Translations under genes and position numbers: made by a program
Shown here: positions 1-13,561 of the stretch, in pieces
How positions within the stretch are numbered: position 1 is the first letter of the stretch
Layout of the letters: every line of letters begins with the position of its first letter
Notes under the pieces: model-generated
What the model saw: only the letters and a program-made list of their open reading frames with translations
Told to the model about the DNA's origin: nothing
The model's database searches: none
Source: Octopus vulgaris
Taxonomy: Eukaryota
NCBI GenBank assembly: GCA_951406725.2
Contig: OX597836.1
Span: 50,406,001 to 50,470,000 of the forward strand
Length of the DNA: 64,000 bases
Reading direction: 5' to 3'

Positions 1-780
1 ACACTCGAGTCTGTTTTAGTAAGCTTTCGGTGGGATTGGTTTCTCTGGTTTCTCGCACTGCTCTGACGTGTGCCGCAGCCCCGAGAAGGGCTAAGTACAC
101 TGGATACACTGGCGAGCACTCGGACAACCCAGGTGTGAGGGTTCTTTTTTTCTTACGGTCCCAGCGGGATTCGAACCCGGATCGCCAGCTCCTACACTAC
201 TACACCAATCTGGCACTCGCTTGAATTGGGGCAAATTAAGCCTTATGAAGTTGACCTTTGTTCCTCTTCGACCAGATCCAACTTGAGGCTTTCTCCGCCG
301 CTTCTCCCATGACCCTCAAGGTTCTGCTTCTTTCAGAGATGGACAGCTGTTTCGTGAGGGTGTAGGCAGATGAGCCTACAAATCCCCTGACACCAACCTC
401 GACTGCGGAGACTTTGGTTTTGAATCCAGCGTCCCCCAGGTCTCTGACCAAGTCGGCGTACTTTTCTGTCTTGTTGACATGGGCATCTTCACTCCTGGTT
501 TCGTAAGGCACAGTGAGTTCGATCAGGAGGGTCTCCTTGGCATTCTGGGAGTGGAGCACTATGTCGGGTCTCGAGCCGGTTTTCTTGATGACCTCTGGGT
601 AGTCGTTCCACTCTGGGAGATCTGCAGCACACTCTCAATCATCTGCTTCACTCAGCAGGCCTTGTCTGCAGGATAGTTGGCCAAGTTTTCTTGCCTCCTG
701 CCGCATGAAACCTTGTCTCGGGTTCTGTGCGTCATCCTTGGTCCTATTGAATTCGACCGCTTCAGATATTTCATTCAAGG
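1..780 (-). mobile_element. 5'-truncated RLE-type non-LTR retrotransposon 3' end (HERO-like)
   Basis: ORF 236-559 and its upstream extension give RPDIVL..ETLLIELTVPYE..KTEKYADL..VEVGVRGF..AAEKASSWIW, a PD-(D/E)xK restriction-like endonuclease C-terminus. Boundaries approximate. Confidence 0.8.
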
Positions 781-933
781 GAGAGGACTTTTTATAAATA
801 CCATTGACTAAAATTAGTTCCCTCCCTTGATACTATTTTCTATTTCTACGAAAAATAACAGATTAAATTGAAAAGGATAAATTCATAAAACGAGAGTTCC
901 TTATCCAACTCCGAGCCTAGGGTAGGAAGTGAA

Positions 934-1265
934 GGCGCGTGGCTCAGTGGTTACGGTGTTGGGCTGTCGTGAGTCTGATTTCCGGCTGTGCGTTGTGTCC
1001 TTGAGCAAGACACTTTATTTCACATTGCTCCATCTCACTCAGCTGGTGAAAATAAGTTGTACCTGTCATTCACAAAGGCCGGCCCTGTCACACTGAATCT
1101 CCCTGAGAACGACGTTAAGGGTACACATGTCTGCGGAATGCAGTAAAGAAATTGGTACACATGTCTGTGGAGTGCTCAGCCACTTGCACGTTTATTATAC
1201 GAGCGGGCTGTTCTGTTGATCAGATCAACTGGAAGCCTCGTCGCCGTCGTAACCGACGCAGAACC
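934..1265 (+). mobile_element. tRNA-derived SINE
   Basis: A-box-like GGCTCAGTGGTT head followed by a GTGTCCTTGAGCAAGACACTT body. A related copy lies on the minus strand at about 16583-16822. Confidence 0.7.
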
Positions 1266-1726
1266 AGTAAGAATGTTTATTCCTTTCCAAATAACAATAG
1301 GTTACAAGTATGATTCAGTTTTTATTAACGAAGAAACTATAATCTCCCTCTATTCTTTCAAAGATTCGGCAGAGACGGCGAGACCGTAACTAATGAGAGT
1401 TAATACAACCGAAACATGTCCTACATGGTCGCTAACATTGCTTAAGATAAGATTTGATGTTTTGCTGCGTTCAATATTTAATTCGTTGATTAATAATTCT
1501 TAGTTTACCATATGCTAGCTCCCATTTTATACTTAAGTTGTCTTAAAGATAAATGTGCTTATTCTCAGATAAATTATTAAACTCAGAAATCCAATATATA
1601 CCAAAATAAGCTGGTCAATAAAATAACTGTTTTGTTGGTTTTGTTCTGTTGGGACGGTCATTGTACCAATAATAAACACATACTGGTTCTATTTCACTTC
1701 TTTTATTATTATTATTAGTGTCAGTA

Positions 1727-1940
1727 AGGCAATGACCTGGCAGAATCATTAGCATCCAGGATAAAATGTTTGGCGGCATTTTGTTCATGTTTACATTCTG
1801 AGTTCAAATTCCACCGAGGTTGAGTTTGCCTTTCATCCTTTCAGGGTTGATGAAATAAGAACTGGTGAAATATTGGGATCAATGTAAACAACTTACCCCC
1901 CTCCCCCAAATATTTCAGGCCTTGTGCTTATAATAGAAAG

Positions 1941-1977
<37 letters not shown>
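1727..1977 (+). mobile_element. SINE with Nin-like domain (TTTGCCTTTCATCCTTT) and (AGT)n tail
   Basis: Related copies at about 12020-12185 (-), 15920-16090 (-), 56430-56640 (+) and 60010-60135 (-). Confidence 0.65.
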
Positions 1978-3345
1978 TTAACCATTCGACCAAATTACTA
2001 TAATCAACTGCTTGATTAATATCCTTTCTTCACCATTTCCAACCTTATTCATGACATGCCCCCCCCCCCCCTACTCAACATCTGCTTCACGTCTGTCTGT
2101 CTGTCTCCTTGTTTGCTTCTTCTATATTTGTATTTATATGGAATTGAGTGAGAATGTATGTCTGAACTCATGGAGTTGATAGATTCTTTCATGGAACAAA
2201 GCAGTCAGGTGGTTCTTCTGACCTCGAACCAGCAGAACACAGTGTCTACCAATTGTCTGAAGCATTGTTCAGTGCTTTGCCTCTCCTCCGTACAAGTTTC
2301 ATCTGGATTCATTGAAACCATTGCCCCTGGCACATTGAATGGAGTCTATACAGTAACATTTATATTTCTTTTGATGTGGATGTTATCCTTGGGTCTTGGA
2401 TCATAATGACATAATAATGGGGTTAGTCTTATTCTCTTCATCTGACAGTTCAAATGTGGCTTGCCTGCAGACATCAGTGTTGCTGTTATATTATCCAGGA
2501 TTAGTCTAGCTTAATTATCTTATCACATTCTCTAATTACCTTAATTACTTCATCTGCCCATTTCTTCCTCAATACTATGCATATTCCACCCACATCACAA
2601 CTGCTACACACTCAAAGCAATCTTACCTGTGTTCTTTGCTCACTTGGAGTCTGACTGAGTTTCCTCTCCACCTTACCTTATGCACACAACACACATTTAT
2701 ATGCTTTTACTCTAGCATCACTACAATCTAGCTTTTGATTGTTGCAGCCTTGAAATTTTCAACTTGATGAGAAGCAGATAGGGTGGATGACTTGTTCTAA
2801 GAGAAAAATATCTAAGAACTTCAGTAACAACATAAGAAATCTTGAATAATTAATGCTTAAAGGAAGACTTATTTTTGGCTTTATTTCATTTTTTCATATA
2901 TTTTGTTGCATTTAAAATTGTTTATTGAAGCCATAACATTATATTTAACATTTTTTCCAAACAATGGATAGTTTTTCTCTTCTTTCTCACAATATCGTGG
3001 TCAAGTGTCCAAGCTGTGTAAAACTGCAAAATTTTAGTTTTGTAACAATTGTTTTCTTATCTTTATTGCAAAACATAGCAAAATATTAACAGGAGAAATG
3101 AAAAATGGAAGTCCAGTTTTTATTCCAGCATCTCTGAGGAACTCAGAAAGACGATTCTGTCACATCCAAGCAATGCAAAGTTCAGTAGAATGTTGGTAAT
3201 GTTGTGTACTGCTTTGGTTTTGTTGTAATTAATTAAGCAGGATAGATTGGAAGCATTTGGAATGAGTTGGGCCAACATCAATCAGCTGCAAAATCTCACT
3301 GAAGAATATTTATTGTTCATATGCATACATACATACACATGTATG

Positions 3346-3395
<50 letters not shown>

Positions 3396-3567
3396 TACAA
3401 ACACTCATATACATGTGTGCATGTATATATACATATATATATGTGTGTGTGTGTATGTGTATACAACCCAGTAATATACTGAGATCAACATAATAAACAG
3501 TTTTCCATTCATTTACAGAAGTACTCATGCACCTAAGCCAAAGAAATGATCATCATCACCGTTATCA

Positions 3568-3617
<50 letters not shown>

Positions 3618-3675
3618 AATACGATCATTATCGTTATTGAATTGGTGTGGCAACAGTAACTGCAATGTTATTTGT

Positions 3676-4494
3676 TTATTCTTGTTCATTATATTGATCT
3701 TCCTCATCATATTCATCGGAATCGGTGGCCCGAGCCTCTTGGTACTGTTGATACTCTGACACCAAATCATTCATGTTTGACTCAGCTTCTGTAAATTCCA
3801 TTTCATCCATTCCTTCTCCTGTGTACCAATGTAGGAAAGCTTTGCGTCGGAACATTGCTGTGAATTGTTCTGATATTCGCTTAAAGATTTCCTGGATTGC
3901 GGTGCTGTTACCAATGAAGGTAGCGGACATCTCCAGACCTGTGGGTGGGATGTCACAGACAGCAGTTTTCACATTGTTAGGGATCCACTCAACAAAGAAG
4001 GGACTATTCTTATTTTGAATGCTAAACATCTGCTCATCAACCTCTTTCATAGACATCTGTCCTCTGAAGACGGCGGCAACAGTTAAATAACGGCCGTGAC
4101 GAGGATCGCAGGCAGCCATCATATTTTTGGCATCGAACAGTTGCTGTGTCAAGTCAGAAACGCTGTGCGAGCGATACAGTTGGCTGCCGCGGGATGTGAG
4201 TGGAGCGAAACCGGGCATGAAAAAGTGGAGCCGAGGAAATGGCACCATGTTGACTGCAAGTTTTCGTAGGTCAGCATTCAGTTGTCCTGGGAAGCGAAGG
4301 CAGGTGGTGACGCCAGACATTGTTGCTGATACAAGATGGTTCAAATCCCCATAGGTAGGATTGGGTAGCTTGAGGGTCCGGAAACATATGTCATAGAGAG
4401 CCTCATTATCAATACAAAAGGTTTCGTCTGTGTTCTCAACCAATTGGTGGACAGACAGGGTGGCATTGTAAGGTTCGACAACTGTGTCGGATAC
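3676..4494 (-). CDS. TUBB: Beta-tubulin last coding exon ([10 protein letters not shown]...[26 protein letters not shown])
   Basis: Acceptor tcgcag|GTA TCC GAC; 819 nt to the stop. The four exons sum to 1341 nt = 446 aa + stop. Confidence 0.97.
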   Translation of the reverse strand, partial: VSDTVVEPYNATLSVHQLVENTDETFCIDNEALYDICFRTLKLPNPTYGDLNHLVSATMSGVTTCLRFPGQLNADLRKLAVNMVPFPRLHFFMPGFAPLTSRGSQLYRSHSVSDLTQQLFDAKNMMAACDPRHGRYLTVAAVFRGQMSMKEVDEQMFSIQNKNSPFFVEWIPNNVKTAVCDIPPTGLEMSATFIGNSTAIQEIFKRISEQFTAMFRRKAFLHWYTGEGMDEMEFTEAESNMNDLVSEYQQYQEARATDSDEYDEEDQYNEQE

Positions 4495-5235
4495 CTGCGA
4501 AAGAAAATATTTCCTTTATTAAGCGATAGCAGAATGTAATGAAATACATATTACAATATTATTATTATGCTTACAACGACAGGAGAAATTTCATGGTTAT
4601 TTTGAAAACAGCAAGTTGACTGGAAATTAATGGAGAAGCGTGAAATGATATCGCATTTGTTTTGAAATTGCATTTTGTTTGAAAGATGTTATTCTTTAAA
4701 TGGTGTCAAAGTCCACCTAGGTAGCACTGGATGTACAGTGTTAGGAAGGAACATCTCTGAAAGTTGTGATCCTTCTTGTTATGCGCTTCTCCCCTTTCTA
4801 GTTGAGACTCATTATCTTATTTTTTACCTTATGTCAACAAGTAAACAATCTTAACTAATGAACCAAATCTAAGACATGAACTATTTTGGGATCCTTATTA
4901 TTATTCTGCTGTCAATGTTGGTAAAGCTTCAACCAAATCTTTCTACTTTGTATTATATTTTTGGTTTCATATTTGGTTTCAAGGTTACAGGCAACATCTG
5001 TGTTAGCCAATGGCATAATCACTGTTGGTGATGGGGGGTTTTTTGTGTTGTTTCTAATTTTAATTGGCCCATTGCTCAATTAGCATGAGTATAATATCCT
5101 CATTTAATTCCTTTTCAGAAATCATTAATTCACAGAATTTTACAAGCTGTAGTTTATGGTTGTTCATTTATTTCTATTATAATTTCATTAAATAAGCAAT
5201 AATTTGGTGCTTATCCTTTAAAATCTGTAATTCTT

Positions 5236-5365
5236 TAAATCTGGAACACTACAAGGTTTATATCAAAAATTCCTTATGATGAATGAAATTAATAGGATAA
5301 ACACCAAATTAATTTCATTCTTCATAAGGAATTTTGGGTATAAACCTTGTAGTGTTCCAGATTTA
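5236..5365. repeat. Inverted repeat, ~58-bp arms, 14-nt loop, in the last tubulin intron
   Basis: taaatctggaacactacaaggtttata...gaatgaaattaat pairs with attaatttcattc...tataaaccttgtagtgttccagattta. Confidence 0.9.
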
Positions 5366-5920
5366 CATTTTATATTGATTTGGAAATTTATATGTTTTTG
5401 CTATGTGTTATGGAGACTCTCCTATAAAACATATGGATATCTAGTGGCATTTTCTTTTCATTTTGCTCTTTTTGGTTATATCTTGTAGTTCACACAGTGT
5501 ATAAATATTCTTTCGACACTCTGGACACCATTCAACTGAATATTGTTTGGTGTAGAAACCACAATGATTTCCAATGGAACAGCTGATGATGGGATGTCTG
5601 TGTCTATTTACATTAAACTACTGTTGTGATATTTATGTGGGTTTTTTTTTTGTTTCATTCTTTAATGTATCCCTAATTGTAGTTTTTTTACAGGATACTT
5701 CTAATGTTTGATGCAGGACTCAATATAGTTTAATTGTTTCTATTGTTTGCAGTTCAAGTTTAACTGGATTTAGATTAACTGCATTTAGATTAAGGCTTTC
5801 ATTTAACTGGATTTAGATTGAGGCTTTTGTTTGTTACAACCTCTGCTTTTTCAGAAATTTAGTAGTTTACAGAGGTTCCTGGGTGAGACATTAGCCAGGA
5901 ATTGTGTTATGGTGGACTTG

Positions 5921-5967
<47 letters not shown>

Positions 5968-6372
5968 CGTGCGTGAGGGTGAGTATGAGCTTGTGCTTCC
6001 CCTTGTCTTGGCATTTTCATACTGATTGAAAACGAAGTTCCCATTCATACAAAGCTTATCGTTGCTTACAATCTTCCATGAAGACATGTCCAGCCATTGA
6101 GCTGTTCAGTGGAGACTGGTGAGGGTGGTTGACGATAGAAAGAGCATCCAGCCATAGACAATCTGCTTCAACAAGTTTTGTCTGACTCGTACAAGCATTG
6201 AAAAGTGGATGTTAAAATGACAATGATGACAATGATAATGATGATGTGTGCATATGTGAGTGCATGTATCCATATATATATGTATATTTAGTTATGTGTG
6301 TATGTGTATATGTGTGTGCATGTGTGTGTGTGTGTGTGTGTGTGTGCACGTGTGTGTGTGTATATATATATA

Positions 6373-6556
6373 TCATCATCATCATCATCATCATTTAGCG
6401 TCCGTTTTCCATGCTAGCATGGGTTGGACGGTTCGACCGGGGTCTGGGAAGCCAGGAGGCTGCACCAGGCCCAGTCTGATCTGGCAATGTTTCTACGGCT
6501 GGATGCCCTTCCTAACGCCAACCACTCCATGAGTGTAGTGGGTGCTTTTTACGTGC
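6373..6556 (-). mobile_element. 3' end of an abundant RTE-related LINE/SINE with (GAT)n tail
   Basis: (CAT)n-TTTAGCGTCCGTTTTCCATGCTAGCATGGGTTGGACG...GGATGCCCTTCCTAACGCCAACC. Related copies at about 8990-9187, 36330-36630 and 62942-63120. Confidence 0.7.
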
Positions 6557-7921
6557 CAGGCGAGGCTGGCAACGGCCACGGTCGGATGGTGCTTTTTACG
6601 TGCCACCGGCACGGGGGCCAGGCGAGGCTGGCAACGGCCACGGTCGGATGGTGCTTTTTATGTGCCACCGGCACGGGGGCCAGGCGAGGCTGGCAACGGC
6701 CACGGTCGGATGGTGCTTTTTATGTGCCACTGGCACGGGGGCCAGGCGAGGCTGGCAACGGCCACGGTCGGATGGTGCTTTTTATGTGCCACCGGCACGG
6801 GGGCCAGGCGAGGCTGGCAACGGCCATGGTCGGATGGTGCTTTTTATGTGCCACTGGCACGGGGGCCAGGCGAGGCTGGCAACGGCCACGGTCGGATGGT
6901 GCTTTTTATGTGCCACTGGCACGGGGGCCAGGCGAGGCTGGCAACGGCCACGGTCGGATGGTGCTTTTTACGTGCCACCGGCACGGGGGCCAGGCGAGGC
7001 TGGCAACGGCCACGGTCGGATGGTGCTTTTTACGTGCCACTGGCACGGGGGCCAGGCGAGGCTGGCAACGGCCACGGTCGGATGGTGCTTTTTACGTGCC
7101 ACCGGCACGGGGGCCAGGCGAGGCTGGCAACGGCCACGGTCGGATGGTGCTTTTTACGTGCCACCGGCACGGGGGCCAGGCGAGGCTGGCAACGGCCACG
7201 GTCGGATGGTGCTTTTTACGTGCCACTGGCACGGGGGCCAGGCGAGGCTGGCAACGGCCACGGTCGGATGGTGCTTTTTACGTGCCACCGGCACGGGGGC
7301 CAGGCGAGGCTGGCAACGGCCACGGTCGGATGGTGCTTTTTATGTGCCACCGGCATGGGGGCCAGGCGAGGCTGGCAACGGCCACGGTCGGATGGTGCTT
7401 TTTACGTGCCACCGGCATGGGGGCCAGGCGAGGCTGGCAACGGCCACGGTCGGATGGTGCTTTTTACGTGCCACCGGCACGGGGGCCAGGCGAGGCTGGC
7501 AACGGCCACGGTCGGATGGTGCTTTTAACGTGCCACCGGCACGGGGGCCAGGCGAGGCTGGCAATGGCCACGGTCGGATGGTGCTTTTTATGTGCCACCG
7601 GCACGGGGGCCAGGCGAGGCTGGCAACGGCCACGGTCGGATGGTGCTTTTACGTGCCACCGGCACGGGGGCCAGGCGAGGCTGGCAACGGCCACGGTCGG
7701 ATGGTGCTTTTTACGTGCCACTGGCACGGGGGCCAGGCGAGGCTGGCAACGGCCACGGTCGGATGGTGCTTTTTATGTGCCACCGGCACGGGGGCCAGGC
7801 GAGGCTGGCAACGGCCACGGTCGGATGGTGCTTTTTATGTGCCACCGGCACGGGGGCCAGGCGAGGCTGGCAACGGCCATGGTCGGATGGTGCTTTTTAC
7901 GTGCCACTGGCACGGGGGCCA
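6542..7921. repeat. GC-rich 62-bp minisatellite, about 22 copies, grown out of the retroposon body
   Basis: Unit GCCAGGCGAGGCTGGCAACGGCCACGGTCGGATGGTGCTTTTTAYGTGCCACYGGCACGGGG with period 62 (e.g. 6601 to 6663). Variants are nearly all single substitutions, plus one 1-bp deletion. Confidence 0.97.
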
Positions 7922-7924
7922 TAT

Positions 7925-8510
<586 letters not shown>

Positions 8511-8513
8511 TGA

Positions 8514-8790
8514 GCACCCTGAGAGAAAAGTTGGACATAAGAAGCATTAAATGTGGTGTGCAAGAGAGTTGACTCTGCTGGTATGGTCATGTGTTACGTA
8601 TGGATGTGGACAGCTTTGTGAAGAAGTGCCACACCCTAACTGTGGAAGGAAACTGTGGTAGAGGTAGACCCAGGAAGACATGGGATGAAGTGGTGAAGCA
8701 TGACCTTCGAACATTGGGTCTCACAGAGGCAATGACCGGAGACTGAGACCTTTAGAAATATGCTGTGATTGAGAAGACCCAGCAACTAAA
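8514..8790 (+). mobile_element. RTE-clade LINE C-terminal remnant
   Basis: Translates to ...WYGHVLRMDVDSFVKKCHTLTVEGNCGRGRPRKTWDEVVKHDL..., the GRP..W motif of RTE ORF ends; decayed. Confidence 0.75.
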
Positions 8791-9397
8791 GTGAGATTGC
8801 AGTCATGGCCAAAGTCAGTGTTGCATGTCCAGCCCATTTGAGAGTACCCTTGATACATTGGGCAATGTGATAAGCTTGAGAAGACCTGTTGAGCCAAGTA
8901 AAACCAAATTCATAGCTGTGGTCAGTGCCTCATGACTGGCTCCCATGCTAGTGGCATGTAAAAATCACCATCTGAACATGAGCGATGCCAGGCTCACGTG
9001 ACTGGTTCCTGTGCCAGTGGCACGTAAAAAGCACCCACTACACTCTCGGAGTGGTTGGCGTTAGGAAGGGCATCCAGCTGTAGAAACATTGACAGAACAG
9101 ATTGGAGCCAAGTGCAACCTTCCGACTTTCCATCCAACTCAAGCCAGCATGGAAAGCAGACGTTAAATGATGATGATGATGATGATGTGAGGATATGTGT
9201 GTGCATGAGTGCATGTAAGAGTGAATGAGTGAGAGAATAAGATGGAGAGTGACACAGAGAGATAGAGAGGGATGAAGAGAGAGTGCAAGAGAAGGAGAGA
9301 AAGTGCAAGAGAAGGAGAAAGAGATGAGATTGTATCATAACTGAAAGAAGAGAAATGGTTAATTTGCTGTTAGTGGAGGTTAATTATGTCAACTTAC

Positions 9398-9753
9398 TTT
9401 GGGAGAAGGCATCACAGAAAATGTAGTCATGATTCGATCCGGGTATTCTTCCCGGATTTTACTAATCAGTAAGGTACCCATACCAGCTCCAGTACCGCCA
9501 CCCAGCGAATGAGTCATCTGGAATCCTTGGACACATTCGCAACCTTCGCATTCTTTTCGGATTACATCTAAAACAGTGTCAACAAGTTCAGCGCCCTCTG
9601 TATAATGTCCTTTGGCCCAGTTATTGCCAGCTCCTGTTTGACCAAATACATAGTTGTCGGGTCTAAATAGGTTGCCGTATGGACCGGACCGGACAGAATC
9701 CATTGTTCCTGGTTCCAAATCCAAGAGGATGGCCCGTGGCACATATTTGCCGC
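9398..9753 (-). CDS. TUBB: Beta-tubulin coding exon 3 ([18 protein letters not shown]...[10 protein letters not shown]...VMPSPK)
   Basis: Acceptor atttcag|GC GGC AAA and donor AAA|gtaagt. 356 nt; contains [11 protein letters not shown] and the GGGTGxG tubulin signature. Confidence 0.96.
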
Positions 9754-9791
9754 CTGAAATAGTAAACATATCAATGAGGAAATGGCTGCGT

Positions 9792-9855
<64 letters not shown>

Positions 9856-9874
9856 TGCGTGCGTGCGTGCGTGC

Positions 9875-9913
<39 letters not shown>

Positions 9914-10629
9914 TTTAATCATGTATTCTTTGAATGTAGTGAGCTATAAACAGTGACACTGCAGTCATTTCTCTTGTCCACAAACCCCCCACTGGTTTTG
10001 TGGCTTTGAAGACCTATGAAATAAGAGATCCCTTACTTGAAAGAAAATATGTCCAGTTTGGCAGCAGGAAGGATCCAGCTGTAAAACAATATCTCAAGAA
10101 TATATTCATCTAACCCATACCAGCATGGAAAAACAGATGTAAAATCAAACACACTGGTTCTTATTCCCAGTATGTGGTAGTTAGAAAAAGGCTATGGGCT
10201 GTGTACTCTTCTTATGCAAAATAGCAGAAAAAAAGAGAAAAAGTAACCACCACTCACTAGCAGTTCAGTAATATGCTAAAGTCCCCAACCGACAAAGATT
10301 TTGGTCCCTGATATTGCTACCCTTATTAGAATAGTTTCTGCTGCCATAAAGTAGCAAGTGACCCTTTTTCTATCTCTACCCAAAACCATCTGGAGGCTGG
10401 GGTGGATGGATGGGTGAAACATATTTCATGAAATGAAACCAAGGAATTTATTAATTAGAATTACTAATTACTAATGAAGGGGAAACTTCTTAGTTTTAAG
10501 CTTTATGTTTTATCTTCCCCTTGTTTCAATTATGAGACTACGGCCAGACTGGGGCAGCACCTTGAAACATTTTTAGTCAAACGAGCTGAGTGCTTGGTAT
10601 TTATTCTCAGTTTGTTCCAAGATATGTTT

Positions 10630-10930
10630 TGTGGATGCTGTTGAATACATCCCCAGTGATGCTCCTTGAGTCTTCAGGATTTTCAGATCCTTTGATATCA
10701 GACCCTGTGCTCTGTCCCTCAGCTGAGCAGTTGCAATTGACCAACACCCTGTTTGCATCTCAGCAGGGAAAAACCATGGCTTTGTCTTCTTTATCCAATG
10801 CAATTAAGGTATTTTCTCTGGCACCAACGAGAGAATATACGGCTGCTCTGCTTATGGCATCAGTTATTCCAAGCCCAGTTAGGGCTCTGCAATGTAGCCA
10901 CCCCTAAAACACCAGGCAAGCTCCCCACCA
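10630..10930 (-). mobile_element. Old degenerate RLE-LINE (HERO-like) 3' end
   Basis: Minus strand gives ...CRALTGLGIT... followed by sequence resembling HERO-type 3' UTRs; recognised from memory and heavily decayed. Confidence 0.4.
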
Positions 10931-11519
10931 TGTGATTATCGCAATTCAAGTTGTGTGCTGCCTCACAACAGACTTATTTTAAGTTCTAATTTTTAGTCTT
11001 CTCAGAGAAACACAATGAAGAATGCTCTAAATGGTTACTCAACCGGCTAAAAATAGCAGCCAACTCTGTTTTGGATCACACTCTTTTACCTTAGAATAAA
11101 AAAAGAAAACATTTGAGAGTGGAGAGGGGGGGGTCTAGAGAACAGAATTTCAGGAAACAAAAAATATGAAAAAGAAAATCAAAAACAAAAGGTCATGGTT
11201 TGAATGTCTGATGGAATAAGGATGGAGGGGGGGGGGGAGTAAATTAGTGTTGGACAACAACAACAACAGAAGCAGTAGCAACAGCAAGTACAATAAGAGA
11301 AAGAACACCTTCCACCACCACCACCACTACCACCACTTCCTCCACAACCACTACCACCACCACCTCCACCACCACTACCACCACCACCTCCACCATCATC
11401 GCCACCACCACCACTACTGCTATTCTGCAAAAAAGGAACCAAGTGTCTCTGCATTCAAATTTCTATTTTCATCATATTGAACAAAGTCATGCTCAGATGG
11501 TTATTGAGACACTTCATGC

Positions 11520-13190
11520 CCTGTTTCAGATTTTAAGCCAGAGGCCATTAGCCATTGATGGGTCAGGGCTTTGTCGATATCTGCATTATTCGCTCTCTTT
11601 GGGTATTTGCCATAGAGAGGTTTTTCTTGCCATTTATCATTCAGAATATCTAAGGCCGCAGATTTAGCACGGGTTTTCATGCATTTAGCTTTTTCTGTGC
11701 CTGTTTCTTGCATGTCTATCTCTAATTCCGAAATTTGTTGTATTCGGAATTCACTTAGGTATTCCTTTGCCTGTTTTGTTACTGAGTATGATGCTTTCTT
11801 GTTTTCATGTTTTGAGACAAGTTTTAACATCCAGTCCTCAGACTTTTTCAGGTAGGTATCTAGGCCAATTGTAGCAATCTTCATTGTTATTGCCAGTTGT
11901 AAAAGTCCACGGCCTCCCTCTTTTCTTGGCACATACACACATACATACATACATACACACACACATATATATAGATACGTATTTCTTTACTACCCACAGA
12001 GAGGACAGACAAACAGATTAAGTCGATTATATCGACCCCAGTGCGTAACTGGTATTTATTTAACCGACCCCAAAGGACGAAAGGCAAAGTCAACCTCGGC
12101 CGAATTTGAACTCAGAACGTAGCGGCAGACGAAATACTGCTAAGCATTTCGCCCAGCGTGTTAATGATTCTGCCAGCTTGCCGTGCATACACACAATTTG
12201 CTTCTTTCAGTTTCCATTCTATGCATTGTCAACAGTTTTCGTATTTTTCTGTCAAGATTACATATTTCAGTAATTGACCAGTTAACGATATTGAAACTGT
12301 AAGTCGCGACTGGTATGGCTAATGCATTGATCGCTTCGATACTGTTTCTCGCATTCAGCTGTCTTGAGTATTGCTCTTACTCTGCGATAACATTCTCTCC
12401 TGATCCTTTCCTTCATCTCTGAATGCCTTATTCCGTCTCCTTCAATTACCCCTAGATACTTGTAGTTCTTTTATGACATTCTGCTGGTCAAGGTTAACGT
12501 TAGATGTTTCTGTCATTTTTCCTTTGACAAAGGTAGCTTTTGCACACTTATCAAGGCCAAATTGCATTCTGATGTCATCACTGAATTGTTTGACAATCGC
12601 TAGTAAGCCCTTGAGTTGTTGGCCATTTTTGCAAAGAGCATTAAATCATCCATGTAAATGAAATGATTTATATTTTTATTAAACATTTTATATCCGTATG
12701 CGCGTCATTGAGCAATTTTGAGAGAGGTATTAAGACTAAACAGAAGAGGAGCGGTGATAGTGAGTCACCCTGGAAAATGCCACATGAAATCTTTGTATCA
12801 CCAGCATTTAGAGATTCATTGTCGCTGTTCAAAGTTAGTGTGGTTCTCCATGATCTCATACTTACAGACAAAAAGTTTCGCAGAGTAGGTGCTATCTTAT
12901 ACATTTCTAGGCATTTCTTAATCCAGCTATGTGGTAGGCTATCAAAAGCCTTTTTATAGTCTATCCAGGCAATTGATAAGTTTTTGTGTCGTTTGTGACA
13001 ATCTTCTAAGATCATCTTATTGATGAGTAGTTGATCTTTACAACCGTAGGATCCATGTTTACATCCTTTCTGTTCATTAGGGAATATGCTGCTGTCTGTC
13101 AAAAAACTATAGGTATATTCCGTCAGGACAGATGTTAGTTTTTTATACATAGTTGTTAAGCAGGTTATGGGTCTATAGTTTTTTGGTTCA
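11520..13190 (-). mobile_element. Decayed R4/Dong-like non-LTR RT fragment, interrupted by a ~290-bp insert at 11930-12218
   Basis: PKNYRPITCL...NEQKGC...WIDYKKAFDSLPHSWI...GIFQGDSLSPLLFC, then YVPRKEGGRGLLQL...WQEKPLYGKY. Frameshifted; abuts an (ATT)n compound microsatellite. Confidence 0.85.
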
Positions 13191-13191
13191 T

Positions 13192-13202
13192 TTGTTATTA
13201 TT

Positions 13203-13237
<35 letters not shown>

Positions 13238-13238
13238 T

Positions 13239-13285
<47 letters not shown>

Positions 13286-13298
13286 TATTATTATTATT

Positions 13299-13331
<33 letters not shown>

Positions 13332-13344
13332 ATTATTATTATTA

Positions 13345-13387
<43 letters not shown>

Positions 13388-13406
13388 CATTATCATCATC
13401 ATTATT

Positions 13407-13438
<32 letters not shown>

Positions 13439-13470
13439 TATTATTATTATTATTATTATTATCACCATCA

Positions 13471-13504
<34 letters not shown>

Positions 13505-13561
13505 TGTTGTTGTTGTTGTTGTTGTTATTATTATTATTATTATTATTATCATTATTATTAT
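13192..13561. repeat. Compound trinucleotide microsatellite (ATT/ATC/GTT/GTC)
   Basis: Read directly from the sequence. Confidence 0.97.

Noticed and set aside
934-1010. tRNA gene
   Set aside because: The head is degenerate and continues into a SINE body found elsewhere in the window.
9389-9922. ORF-track N-termini for tubulin pieces (e.g. MIKDTHTH..., MFQFWEV..., MVENTDE...)
   Set aside because: Intronic read-through or internal starts; the true boundaries are the splice sites given above.
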